DNA of 64,000 bases from an uncultured Candidatus Saccharibacteria bacterium. Lineage in GTDB: Bacteria; Patescibacteriota; CALEFQ01; G965231055. The position numbers and the translations under genes were made by a program. Positions 36,943 through 47,700 of the stretch are shown piece after piece. Below the pieces are notes generated by a model. That model saw nothing but the letters and a program-made list of their open reading frames with translations, was not told where the DNA came from and did not search any database. The DNA lies in the NCBI GenBank assembly GCA_965231055.1, contig OZ246411.1, positions 345,875 through 409,874 of the forward strand. The letters run 5' to 3'. Numbering within the stretch: the stretch's first letter is position 1; every line of letters begins with the position of its first letter.

Positions 36943-38481
36943 ATGGATATAAACACACAAACAGGAATGCCGAAAGGTATAATGATAGCAAAAGGACATG
37001 CGGCTACTTTGCGTGTTTCTGCTTTGCTTAAGTCACATGGAGCAACCGATGAACAACTCAGAGGAGCATTCGGTGTTTGGGATAAACTTCTTGATAAAAA
37101 AATAAAATTTCAAGATTTTGCCAAAGAGCTTCAAATAGCTCTAAACTGCAGAGCTGATATGGCGGAGGTTGTTGCCGGAGAGCTCTCTGCCTCAGAGCTA
37201 AAATATCTGGATCCTTATTTTGGAGGAGTGGATGTTTTTGAGACTGCTAAGCAATGGATGAAACACGGGCGCAATTTTCTATTTTCTGACGCTGGTCCTA
37301 TAAACAAAAACACAGCTTCTCCTATTTCAGAAAATGTAGAAAATGAAGACCTGAGGGGGGTTAATATAAATTCTGAACCTAAGCCAGATAGCACTGATCA
37401 AGAAGATGAAAAAGTAGTAGGGCGAAATGTAAATACTCACAAGCGCAAAATTCTTGATAAAGAAAAACTTTATGAGATAACAAAAAAGATTTTGTTTAGT
37501 CAGGGAGTAGAGGGTTTGACAGAAGACAAGCTTCTGAGAATTCAAAACATAATGTTGAGTCAGGTAAAGGATGTGCGAGATACAAATGAAGCTACTCAGA
37601 TGTATGGTCTCGGTTTCGAAAATGGTGGAGTGGGTTTTGATCCTGAGAAAGCGTATTCACTAGCTTCTGCTATTAGTCGTTTAGTAGAGATAGGAAAGTT
37701 AACCCCAGATAAGTTTTATAAAGAAGAGGTTTATGAAAAATCTCAGAATGAACTTCGTGATCCTTGGGAGGAATACGATGTTAGGTCTGCTGGTAAAAAA
37801 GAGATAGTTAGCGAGAGTTACAAAAAGAAACTTTCCTTAGCATCTATTTTGCCTAAATTTGGTGCCAAATCACAAAGAGAAGATTTGAGCCATCAAAAAT
37901 ATGATGAACAAGATAATGCAATACCTTCATCTTTAAATCAGAAAAGCAATAAACTTTTTAGTAGAGAAGAATATGTACCAAAAGAACCTGAAAAGAAAAG
38001 GATTTCAGATTTTTCTTCTGCAAACTCGGGAGTGCTAAATCTAAAAAAACCAGAGCCATTTTTGAAAGAAACAGAGGCGCCAAAAAACCTCTACAGAGTT
38101 TCGGAAAAAATGACAGATGGCATATCAAGTGAAATAAAGAACAAAGGACCTAAAAATTTAGTCGAAATAAAAACCACGGAGGATCTTAAAAAACTTACAC
38201 CATCTTATTTGCGTATGATGGGGAGTAAGGAAGATATGCTTAAAAATCTTTCTGACGGTATCAGCGAGCTCGAAAAAAATGGATATAGCAAGGCAGATAT
38301 GTTTACCAAATGGCAAGAGAGTGAACTCTATACAACTTATTTGGACATGGGACGACAGAGTATATTTTCCGGAAATGATATAGCCAAAATAGCAACTACA
38401 TATAAAGATAATGGAAAGCCATACCTCGAGAGTTCAGAATTCGAAGTAGTTGCTGATGTTAGTAAAATGCTTCAAAACTAA
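36943..38481 (+). CDS. hypothetical soluble protein (T4SS-like locus component)
   Basis: 512-aa ORF with no TM and no recognised motif. Tightly packed between the VirB6-like and VirB3-like genes. Confidence 0.5.
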   Translation: MDINTQTGMPKGIMIAKGHAATLRVSALLKSHGATDEQLRGAFGVWDKLLDKKIKFQDFAKELQIALNCRADMAEVVAGELSASELKYLDPYFGGVDVFETAKQWMKHGRNFLFSDAGPINKNTASPISENVENEDLRGVNINSEPKPDSTDQEDEKVVGRNVNTHKRKILDKEKLYEITKKILFSQGVEGLTEDKLLRIQNIMLSQVKDVRDTNEATQMYGLGFENGGVGFDPEKAYSLASAISRLVEIGKLTPDKFYKEEVYEKSQNELRDPWEEYDVRSAGKKEIVSESYKKKLSLASILPKFGAKSQREDLSHQKYDEQDNAIPSSLNQKSNKLFSREEYVPKEPEKKRISDFSSANSGVLNLKKPEPFLKETEAPKNLYRVSEKMTDGISSEIKNKGPKNLVEIKTTEDLKKLTPSYLRMMGSKEDMLKNLSDGISELEKNGYSKADMFTKWQESELYTTYLDMGRQSIFSGNDIAKIATTYKDNGKPYLESSEFEVVADVSKMLQN

Positions 38482-39048
38482 ATGCAATTTTCATTACCAC
38501 AATTCATTGATGTAAAGGAAAAAATATTTGGGCCACTAACTCTTACCCAATTTATTTATATTGCAGCTGGTGGTGGTATGTCGTTTTTGTTGTTCCAAGT
38601 CTTGGAAATCGGCCTTTTTATAGTTGTGGCTTTTCCTATCATGGTTGTTTGTGTGATGTTGGCATTTTACAAATACAATGGAATGCCTTTTAGCAGCTTG
38701 GTTTTATCCATGGTTAGATATCTTTTGTTTAGACCGAGAGTGAGAGTTTGGAAAAGAATGGTTGAAACCAATATAAGAAGAGCTGAGGAAGCAAAAAAGA
38801 TTTCTGAGGGCGATACTCAGCACAAAGAATTATTGGATAAAAGTAGTCTTCAAAAATTGACATATGTGCTTGATACAGAGGGTGGAGCTCTTTTACACGA
38901 TAAGGGTGATGACACCAATAGAGTATCAAATGCGGAGTTATTGGATTCTCAGGCCGAATTATCTCAGGCCAGGATGGACAAAGTGATTCCACAGGTGCAG
39001 GGAGATAAAAAGAAGAGGGCAGAAGAACTACTCTCTGGTCTATATTAA
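38482..39048 (+). CDS. PrgI/VirB3-like small membrane protein
   Basis: 188 aa. N-terminal ...LTLTQFIYIAAGGGMSFLLF...FIVVAFPIMVVCVMLAF two-helix pattern typical of PrgI/VirB3-family proteins. Immediately precedes the VirB4 genes. Confidence 0.45.
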   Translation: MQFSLPQFIDVKEKIFGPLTLTQFIYIAAGGGMSFLLFQVLEIGLFIVVAFPIMVVCVMLAFYKYNGMPFSSLVLSMVRYLLFRPRVRVWKRMVETNIRRAEEAKKISEGDTQHKELLDKSSLQKLTYVLDTEGGALLHDKGDDTNRVSNAELLDSQAELSQARMDKVIPQVQGDKKKRAEELLSGLY

Positions 39049-39072
39049 AGAAATAATTTTAATAATTCTGAA

Positions 39073-39774
39073 ATGGAAAAACAAAAAGCGACAACTAGTT
39101 TGCACAATCCGTTACTTGCGAGGAATAAACCATCTGCTAGCACTCAGCATTTCTTGGATTTTTATGAGATAAGAGACGGAGTGGTGGTTATGAAGGATGG
39201 TTCTCTCAGGGCGGTTCTAATGATTTCGAGTATAAATTTTTCATTGAAATCTCAGGAGGAGCAAGATGCTATAATATATGCTTATCAAGAATTTTTGAAT
39301 TCAATGGATTTTCCATTGCAGATACTGATTCAGTCTAGGAAACTGGATATCGATAACTATCTTGAAAAACTTTCAAATCAAGAGATGAAGCAACAAAATG
39401 AACTTTTGCGCATACAAACGGCTGAATACATGGAATATGTGAGAGAGCTTGTGGAAATGGCACAGATTATGAGTAAAAACTTTTATATCGTGATTCCTTA
39501 TAGTGGTGCAGGAGATCAAAAAACCAAAAAAGGTATCAAAGAATTTCTAAATCCCGCCGTTGTTGTGACTCAAAGCGAAAAAGCATTTCAGAAAGCTAGA
39601 ACTAGGTTGCTCCAAAGACTCAGTCATGTAGAGAGTGGTCTCCAGTCCCTCGGATTAAGAGTTATGCCTCTCGAAACTCAGGAGCTTATCGAGCTTTTAT
39701 ACAATACCTACAACCCCTCCAATTATGAATCAGAGAAGTTAGTTGAAGTAGATAAATTAGAATTACAAAAATAA
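39073..39774 (+). CDS. VirB4/TrbE-family ATPase, N-terminal domain as a separate ORF
   Basis: YEIRDGVVVMKDGSLRAVLMISSINFSLKSQEEQDAIIYAYQEFLNSMDFPLQILIQSRKLD...ELLYNTYNP follows the CagE/TrbE/VirB4 N-domain pattern. Stop lies 4 nt before the next ORF, in a different frame. Confidence 0.55.
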   Translation: MEKQKATTSLHNPLLARNKPSASTQHFLDFYEIRDGVVVMKDGSLRAVLMISSINFSLKSQEEQDAIIYAYQEFLNSMDFPLQILIQSRKLDIDNYLEKLSNQEMKQQNELLRIQTAEYMEYVRELVEMAQIMSKNFYIVIPYSGAGDQKTKKGIKEFLNPAVVVTQSEKAFQKARTRLLQRLSHVESGLQSLGLRVMPLETQELIELLYNTYNPSNYESEKLVEVDKLELQK

Positions 39775-39778
39775 AATT

Positions 39779-41605
39779 ATGGCGATATTCAAAAAACAAA
39801 CGAGCAATTCAATAATGGACACAGCTGCGCAAGAAGCTATTCTTGAGGCACAAAGAATCTATAGAGAGGGAGTAGCAACAGTCAAAGACATCATAGCTCC
39901 TGCGTCTATGCAGGTTACACCAAATTTCGTGAGACTTGGTGATAAGTATGTGCGAACTATTTTCGTATATGCGTATCCTAGATTTCTTCAAACAAGCTGG
40001 TTTTCTCCTATAGTAAATCTAAATGTTACTGTTGATATTTCTATGTTTATTTATCCGGTAGATACTGAAATGCTTTTAAAGGACTTGAAAAAGAAAACTA
40101 CTCAAATTCAGACTCAGATAATGCTTGCTGAAGAAAAAGGCATGGTAAGAGACCCGGTCCTCGATACTGCTTTTAGAGATGTTGAAGAACTGCGAGATAA
40201 ACTTCAGCAAGGTACTGAAAAGTTTTTCAAGTTTGGTTTGTACATAAATATTTATGGAAACGATAAAAAAGAAATGGATTCTGTGACAGAGCAGGTTGAA
40301 TCTTTACTTGGAACGAAACTTGTTTATTCCAAGCATTCAACTTTTCAAATGGAACAGGGATTCAATTCATGCATGCCTCTTGCAAATGACGAAATGGATA
40401 TTACAAACAACATGAATACTTCTCCTCTGTCTACTACTTTTCCATTTGTTTCAAATGAGCTTACCTCAAACGACGGAATTTTGTACGGTATTAATAGACA
40501 TAACAATAGTTTGGTTTTGTTTGATAGATTCAGTTTGGAAAATGCCAATAGCGTTATTTTTGCAAAATCTGGAGCTGGAAAAAGCTATGCGACAAAACTC
40601 GAAATCTTGAGAAGCTTGATGTTGGATACTGAGGTTATAGTTATAGATCCTGAAAATGAATATAAATATCTAAGCGATGCTGTGGGTGGAACTTATCTAA
40701 ATATTTCGTTGAATGCAGATAATAGAATTAATCCCTTTGATCTTCCAAGACCAATCGGCGAGGAGACTACAGCTGATCTTTTGAGATCTGCCACAGTTTC
40801 ACTTTTGGGTCTCATGAGTTTGATGCTAGGAAAACTTGATCCCACCGAAGATTCTATCATGGACAGAGCTATTTCCGAGGCCTACGCCAAAAAAGACATA
40901 ACTGCAAACACGGATCTTTCCAAGGGAATAGAGCCTCCCACAATGCAGGATCTAAAAGAAATACTGGGAAGTATGGATGGGGGAGAGAGTTTGGCACAGA
41001 GATTGGAAAAATATACGGCTGGTACTTTTGCCGGAGTTTTCAATCAGCCAACCAACATCGAAATGGACAAACAGTTCGTGGTTTTTAGTATTAGAGACCT
41101 GGAAGACGAACTCCGACCAATAGCAATGTACGTTATTTTGGGTCATATTTGGAATATAGTAAGATCGAAGCTCAAGAAAAGAATGGTTGTAGTCGATGAG
41201 GCTTGGTGGATGATGCAACACGAAGACTCTGCGAAATTTTTGTTTGGATTGGCGAAAAGGGCTAGAAAATATTATTTGGGTGTAACTACGATAAGCCAAG
41301 ATGTTGCAGACTTTTTAAATTCAGAATACGGAAAAGCTATCGTGACAAACTCATCAATGCAGTTGCTTCTCAAGCAATCTCCCGCAGCGGTGGACTTGCT
41401 CGCTGATGTTTTTCACCTGACAGATGGAGAAAAGTTTCTACTTCTTGAAAGTGGTGTTGGCGAAGGAATATTTTTTGCGGGGCTTAAGCATGTCGCTATA
41501 AAAATAGTAGCTTCATATACGGAAGATCAAATTATAACTAGCGACCCGAGACAATTACTTGAAATTGAGCAAGCTAAAAAAGAGTTTGATGAAAAATCAG
41601 AGTAA
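39779..41605 (+). CDS. VirB4/TrbE/PrgJ-family type IV secretion ATPase (P-loop domain)
   Basis: Walker A FAKSGAGKSYATK, VIVIDPENEY, Walker B MVVVDEAWWMM, and ...TTISQDVADF... C-terminal motifs. Confidence 0.8.
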   Translation: MAIFKKQTSNSIMDTAAQEAILEAQRIYREGVATVKDIIAPASMQVTPNFVRLGDKYVRTIFVYAYPRFLQTSWFSPIVNLNVTVDISMFIYPVDTEMLLKDLKKKTTQIQTQIMLAEEKGMVRDPVLDTAFRDVEELRDKLQQGTEKFFKFGLYINIYGNDKKEMDSVTEQVESLLGTKLVYSKHSTFQMEQGFNSCMPLANDEMDITNNMNTSPLSTTFPFVSNELTSNDGILYGINRHNNSLVLFDRFSLENANSVIFAKSGAGKSYATKLEILRSLMLDTEVIVIDPENEYKYLSDAVGGTYLNISLNADNRINPFDLPRPIGEETTADLLRSATVSLLGLMSLMLGKLDPTEDSIMDRAISEAYAKKDITANTDLSKGIEPPTMQDLKEILGSMDGGESLAQRLEKYTAGTFAGVFNQPTNIEMDKQFVVFSIRDLEDELRPIAMYVILGHIWNIVRSKLKKRMVVVDEAWWMMQHEDSAKFLFGLAKRARKYYLGVTTISQDVADFLNSEYGKAIVTNSSMQLLLKQSPAAVDLLADVFHLTDGEKFLLLESGVGEGIFFAGLKHVAIKIVASYTEDQIITSDPRQLLEIEQAKKEFDEKSE

Positions 41606-44600
41606 ATTTGAAAATAAATCTATAAAAAAAGCAAGGCCAGTGTCATATTTCTGGACCAAGGTTATTTTTTTATTCACAATTATTGCTGGTTTTTCTTTGT
41701 GGCTTAGTTTTTTTATTAGTTCGGAAAATACCGCAAAGGCCTCCGTTATGTTTTCTTGGAGCCACGATGATGTAGATATAGGTGGTGATACTGAGACGGA
41801 GTATTGGAATCTTTGGGAGCTCCCAGGATATCCATCTGGTATGGCAGTTTCAGCAGGAAAAATGACTTTTCAGATCAAGGGTTTGGGTTCAAATGGAGCT
41901 TCGCAGGATGGAAAGAGGAATATAATAGGAATGATAGATAGGTCAGGGGGAGAGAATATGGCAGATAGAAATTACTGGGTGCAGGTCAGGAAAAGAAAAT
42001 ATGATCCAGAAACAGGTACGAATGCAAGATTGGAAGTTAAGGGTAGATTAAATTGTGAATGGTTCGATAATACTGCTTTTCATTCGGGTGATCCTTCTTT
42101 GGATTATGATCCTGATGTTTGGTACGATGCGTGGTTTGAGTGGAACCAGCACAGTGTTGTTTTTGGATTGTGGCATCCTGATGGATATGAAATTGTATCT
42201 GAGGCTCAAATGCCGATTCCTTTCATGGCAAGTAATCAAGCCATTTGGTTCGGAGCAGCTCCCGTGAGTGCTGCTTTTCCCGCTCAGCATGCCGAGTATA
42301 GAGATATTCAGCTAGATGCCTATGAGCTTGTTGAGGCTTCAGTTTTGGTTGGTGAGAAATGCGATCTTAGCGAAGAAGAATTGTATGAGGATGAAGGATT
42401 TGAAGATGAAGATGCTGACTTGGGGGGATCAGATAGTCAACCCAATGATCCTTATGGAAAATATATCTGCGTAGGGGGTGGAGCCGAGAATGATGTAAAA
42501 CCAAAATTTCCAGAAGATTCTTATTCTTACAATTGTTCTGACCTAATAGACGTGAATCCTCTAAAATGGGTTTTGGGCATTGATTGGGAAGAATTTAGGT
42601 ATAAATTTTCTCCAGTGTGGGGGATAACAGCGAAGGATATTCTTAGTTTTTTTGAGTGTTATTCGGAAAAACAAGGTGCTACCCCACCTTCTGTTACCAT
42701 ATCCACTAGTCCTCAAAATATTCAATATGGAGATGAAGTAAATGTAAAGATAGCTGCCAATAACTGGAAAACTAAAGCTGATAAACTTTATAAAGCCTTT
42801 TTTATAGATAATCTTTTCTATAATTCTGTATTGGCTGGAGGTACTCTACCCGAGCACTCAACGAATTATCCTGACGGTTTTGCATCGCTTCATGGTGATA
42901 AAGGGCCAGCTTGTACGCCTGTCACTAGAAGACCAGAGATTGATACTGACAATGATGGAATGGATGATGATTGGGAGAGACTCTACTTTGACGATCTCTC
43001 GGCTGGAACATGGGAAGATCCCGATGATGATGGATATATTGCTGATCGTTTTAAGAGTACCGAAAATGATTATTATATAACCCCAGTGGTTCCAATTGAT
43101 GTTCCAAATAAAACAGGTACTGGTAGAACTTTGGTTTTGCTTGGTAGCGATGATACAAAAGAAGCATTGTATGACGGAATGCCTGAAACTGATGATAGAT
43201 TTCCAAATATTTTAGAATATATCTTTGGTACCAATCCCATAGACGGTGATAGTGACGGAGATGGAGTCGGAGATGAAGAGGATATGTTTGGTACTGGAAT
43301 AAATTCTGATAATTTTTATTTTCAAACATTTAAAGAGCCAGAGGAAGGAAAGGATTCCAAATATGAAGTTAGGGCTATCGTGGTTGGTGTAAATGAAAGA
43401 AAAAAGATAAGTGTTGTTTCTGCAAAGAGTGTCTTGGAGATGCAGCGATCAAATTTGGAAGTTCTTGGAGTTACCATAAATCCTTCTTCATCGTCAGTTG
43501 CCAAAGGTGAAGAAGTCAATATAAAGGCGGTTGCCAGGGGCGCAGGAAATATAAAAGGTGCCTCCGTGAATTATGAATGGGGAATTGTAGATGTTGATGG
43601 AAATTATACTCCTGTTTGCGATCAAGTTGGATCAAATAATAGTGACACTATCTGCGGAGTCGGAAAAGATAATTGGAGTTTTAAAATACCAGATGAAGCA
43701 GCGGCTGGGGTAGAATACACCATATATTCTGTAGCTACAGACACTGTGACTGGTAGAAGAGCAGAAGCTAGGACCAAAATCACCGTTGGTGAGAGTCTAA
43801 AACCAACTATCGCAGGTTGTTTTGATGATGGTTCAGCTAGGGGATGCCATTCTGAATTGCCGCAATTTTCAGCTTGTGCTGCTGGAGAAAATCCCGATTA
43901 TGTTATTCAGGGAGAATTTGCCTTGATAAGGGCTGGCAATGCAGAGGAGGTGACTTTGGACCAAAATTCTGTTTGTACGTGGAAGCTTGACGGAGAGGTT
44001 CAGAAAGAAGATAGCGGAGCATGTAAGCAGTGTTTTTCCAATACCAGTGGTGGTGTGAAAGAAGATTCTTCTTGTAGCATTAGCGGATTGGTGTGTGATA
44101 GAACTGCTTATCTTCTGGAAGCAAATGCAGTCACCGGACATGTTTATGATTTAGAATTAAGTGTTTCTGATAAGAAAACGGGAGAAGAAAAAGCAAAGAC
44201 AAATGCGAAGATAGAGGTGAAGGGGGTAGAATCAGAAATTTGTATTGATGGTGAGTGTACCCCTGATCACGATACTCAGAGATTTAATGTAAGCAATTCA
44301 GGTTCTCATTCGGCAAGCGCTACTTTGAGAAACATTCCTAAAAATTCTACATACAAATATATGTGGACTTTGGATGGTGTAAATGCAAAAAGTGGCTCCT
44401 GCGATGTAGCTGATTGTTCACCCGAAGATTTGAGTATTAATACTGAGCTATTTGGTTTGGGCTCGCACGATGTTTCCTTCAAAGTCACTGTTTCAACGGA
44501 ATATGGTGAGAATGATGAGATTAGAAGATTTTTTAATGAATCTGGTGTAAAATTGAATATAGTAGCAGAAGGTTCCACTACAGCTTTTTGGCAAAAACTA

Positions 44601-44732
44601 AATATTATGGGTACTATTGCGGATGTTTTTCCCGATAAGTACCGAATAATATTTACTATTTTTTCTGTAACTGCTGGTTTTTCTGTATTGGGTTTTGCCG
44701 GAGTAGTAGTTTTTAAGAAAATATTTGGTTAA
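41559..44732 (+). CDS. giant surface protein (1,057 aa) with N-terminal signal-anchor, Asp-rich Ca-binding repeats and C-terminal TM anchor; paralog of the next gene
   Basis: Hydrophobic N-segment VIFLFTIIAGFSLWLSFFI. DTDNDGMDDDWE and DGDSDGDGVGDEED repeats. C-terminal IIFTIFSVTAGFSVLGFAGVVVF. The start may be the ATG at about 41589, as the listed start overlaps VirB4. Confidence 0.7.
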   Translation: MKLSKLKKSLMKNQSKFENKSIKKARPVSYFWTKVIFLFTIIAGFSLWLSFFISSENTAKASVMFSWSHDDVDIGGDTETEYWNLWELPGYPSGMAVSAGKMTFQIKGLGSNGASQDGKRNIIGMIDRSGGENMADRNYWVQVRKRKYDPETGTNARLEVKGRLNCEWFDNTAFHSGDPSLDYDPDVWYDAWFEWNQHSVVFGLWHPDGYEIVSEAQMPIPFMASNQAIWFGAAPVSAAFPAQHAEYRDIQLDAYELVEASVLVGEKCDLSEEELYEDEGFEDEDADLGGSDSQPNDPYGKYICVGGGAENDVKPKFPEDSYSYNCSDLIDVNPLKWVLGIDWEEFRYKFSPVWGITAKDILSFFECYSEKQGATPPSVTISTSPQNIQYGDEVNVKIAANNWKTKADKLYKAFFIDNLFYNSVLAGGTLPEHSTNYPDGFASLHGDKGPACTPVTRRPEIDTDNDGMDDDWERLYFDDLSAGTWEDPDDDGYIADRFKSTENDYYITPVVPIDVPNKTGTGRTLVLLGSDDTKEALYDGMPETDDRFPNILEYIFGTNPIDGDSDGDGVGDEEDMFGTGINSDNFYFQTFKEPEEGKDSKYEVRAIVVGVNERKKISVVSAKSVLEMQRSNLEVLGVTINPSSSSVAKGEEVNIKAVARGAGNIKGASVNYEWGIVDVDGNYTPVCDQVGSNNSDTICGVGKDNWSFKIPDEAAAGVEYTIYSVATDTVTGRRAEARTKITVGESLKPTIAGCFDDGSARGCHSELPQFSACAAGENPDYVIQGEFALIRAGNAEEVTLDQNSVCTWKLDGEVQKEDSGACKQCFSNTSGGVKEDSSCSISGLVCDRTAYLLEANAVTGHVYDLELSVSDKKTGEEKAKTNAKIEVKGVESEICIDGECTPDHDTQRFNVSNSGSHSASATLRNIPKNSTYKYMWTLDGVNAKSGSCDVADCSPEDLSINTELFGLGSHDVSFKVTVSTEYGENDEIRRFFNESGVKLNIVAEGSTTAFWQKLNIMGTIADVFPDKYRIIFTIFSVTAGFSVLGFAGVVVFKKIFG

Positions 44733-44735
44733 AAA

Positions 44736-47700
44736 ATGAATACTAATTTTAGAAAAATTAAAATTCTATGTACCGGCTGTGTTATCTTGGTTGGTCTTTT
44801 TATTTTGCTTTTTTCAAATAATGTAAATGCTCTTCCTAAAAATCCTGACAGTGGGGCTTGCACCGAAGACGGAGCTCCTATAAATTTCGACGTCGCAGTT
44901 AGAAAATCAAATAATAGCGGAACGCCGGGGAGTATTAGGGCAAATATAGGCGCTCTCGGGGGAGACCCTGTAGATTTTGGAAACAGTTCTGTGGGTTCTA
45001 GCGACTATACTTTAAAATTTTCTTGGAGCGATGATGGTACTGCCAAAGGTTATATAAATGGAATTGAAGTAGGTTCTGGAAATTTTACTGCGGATTATTC
45101 AGGAACAGTGAAGGATTTATTCTTTGTTTATCTCGGAGAGGGTGTGGCTGGTATATCTAGGTCAAGCGACACTAGAATATTTTATAAAAATATAAAAGTA
45201 TCAGTTGATGGTGAAGAATTTGTTGATACTGCTTTTAATACAACAGATCTCTCCCAGAGCGGAGCGAGTGTGCAAGGAGGAATATTTGTTGGCGATTATT
45301 GGCACATGAGTTCATCGAATACTGGGAGAATCAAGTTTAGTTTTCCAATGGGGCAGTCACGAAGAGTTAGTAGTGGAGAGGTTACTTTGGTTTTTAAATT
45401 TGCAGATGATTTTGACGAATATCAAGCTACAAAAACTTCGTTTGAGCCGGAAATATTTAATTTTGGCACTTTGCCTTGGGTTTCTGAGTCAGAATGTGCT
45501 GATATGCCTGAAAATGACAATGAGCCAACCGAAGATCCTTCGGAGGAGCCAGAGAATAATCCCGAAGATCCATATGATACTGAAACTTGCTTTGGAGTAA
45601 GCGAGGATGAGCCACCTCAAATAGTTGGTATTCCTGGTATTCCTTTTGGATGGGATTCTAGCAAAATGAAGCTAGTTTGGTTTTGGGATTTTGAAACAGT
45701 AAAAAATTGGCTTGAGGGTTACGAAGAGCGCATGCAAGGCAAGCCAAGCGTAGAAATTGCTATTAGTCCAACAGATCCTGCCGATGGCGATAGTGTTACT
45801 GTTTCACTGCAAGCTGAAAACTTTAGGACTAAGGCTGGTGGTACAGGATCTTCTTCCAACAAAACATATTCTGCTGTATTTATTTCAAGTGAAAATGATT
45901 CAAATCACAGAGATCAGTTTGGAGATAGATATTCTGGTCCCGTACTTTATAATACCGTTTCTGCTGGGGGAGTGGTGCCTCAGATGGTGATTGAGGGTAC
46001 TCCAAATTTAGGAGATTTGTGCAGGGATTTCACCAGAATTCCAGAAATAGATTCTGATGGTGATTCCATGGATGATGATTGGGAATATTTGCATTTTGCT
46101 GGTACAAATAAATGCGGTCCTTTAAATGATACATATTGTGGTGATTCAAAAGATCAAGTTATTCAAATGGTATCGCCAGATGCTGATCCCGATGAAGACG
46201 GAGCAGAAGCTACTAGATTTAAAAATGATGATGAAAAATATGCTACTCCCATATCTTTCATGAGGAAAGGTATAGCTGGCGGTGGAGTAAAACCAGAAAC
46301 GTATATTGTGGGAAATGCAAATAAAGATGGTTTAAAGGATGGCAGCGGAGATATAAACGACCTTACGACACCAGCTTTTATGAACTGGCAAGAATATGTA
46401 GCTGGAACTAACCCCATCAATTCAGATACGGATGGAGATGGTGTTACAGATGAGAAAGAAATATACGGAGAGGGTTTTAGTACTATTGAATGGATGGCTA
46501 AGGGTGAACCCCATGACGAAGCCAAAGTTAATGCAATAGTAATAGGCATAAGTCAGCGAAAAGATCTTGCCATAGTTTCAAAAGAATCAAAAATTTATAT
46601 GGGAGATGGTTCCTCTCAGGGCAAGCTCAGTGTTGTTTTGAATTCCTCCCTGAATCCAATAGTAATAGGTCAGCCCGTAGACATAACGGCTACGGCTCAA
46701 GGCTCGGTAAGTGGAGATTCAAGCTCCGTGAGTTTTGAGTGGGGCTTGGTATTTGGCACCGAAACATTTTCCATATGCGATACAATGGCTGATGGCGATA
46801 ATCCTAGGTGCGGACTAGGAAAGGATACTTGGATGTTTAATACTAATGACTTCAAAGATCAATTGGACGAATATTTTAGTGCAGGAAATGATTACCTAGA
46901 GGTTTATGTAGAAGCAACCGACACCATTTCTGGTAAAAAAGCAGAAGCTAGGTTGAAACTATATATAGGAACCGAATCATTGCTTAGAGTCTCGGGCTGT
47001 TACAAGGATACTTTGGGATTGGAAGCCGTTGAATGTAGTTGTTATGTGAGCAATACGATTGATCCCACGGAAACTTCTTGCGGACTTCAGGGTGAGAATT
47101 TGATGATCGGAACCAAGGGGGAAACTTTTTCAGATGATGAACTTAAGGATATGCTTTTTGAATGGTCTATTGATGGTGATAAAATTTCAGAGTCTTCGGG
47201 TTCCGGATATCAGGACTACAGGCTGGCCGATGGAACAGATAAGGTTATGAAAAGAGATAGCATGATTATTCCAATAATGAAAAACGGTGGAGATTCTTAT
47301 GAGGTTGAATTGCTTGTTTCTAGAATAGATACTGGCGAAAGAGTTGATGGTGGTAAAATTTATGTTGGGGTTGGTAATCCCAGTATCGATCTTTCAGTTA
47401 ATGGAGCCAGCATTGATCACGGAGAAGAAGTCTTTAATATAGGAGATACTGGAACTTACACTATTGACGGACAGATTTACAATATTCCTTTGAATTCGGA
47501 ATACGAATATAAATTCATGATTGATAATATTGTTATTGGTTCTGGTGCTAGCGTTTATGACTCAGTAGGTAAAACAGAAAGTATTGATATAAATTCTTCT
47601 TACTACTCCTCGGGAAGGCATAATATAAAAATGACGGTTTCAGGTGCAACCTCGAGTGAGGCTACTAGTGAAACTGAGGTTGCGAAGAGGGGAGCTGTTC

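Noticed and set aside
39774-39779. Programmed ribosomal frameshift joining the two VirB4 ORFs
   Set aside because: No slippery heptamer or downstream pseudoknot is evident (junction is ...caaaaataaaattatggcg...). It is kept as a split-gene or sequencing-error hypothesis rather than called as a recoding site.
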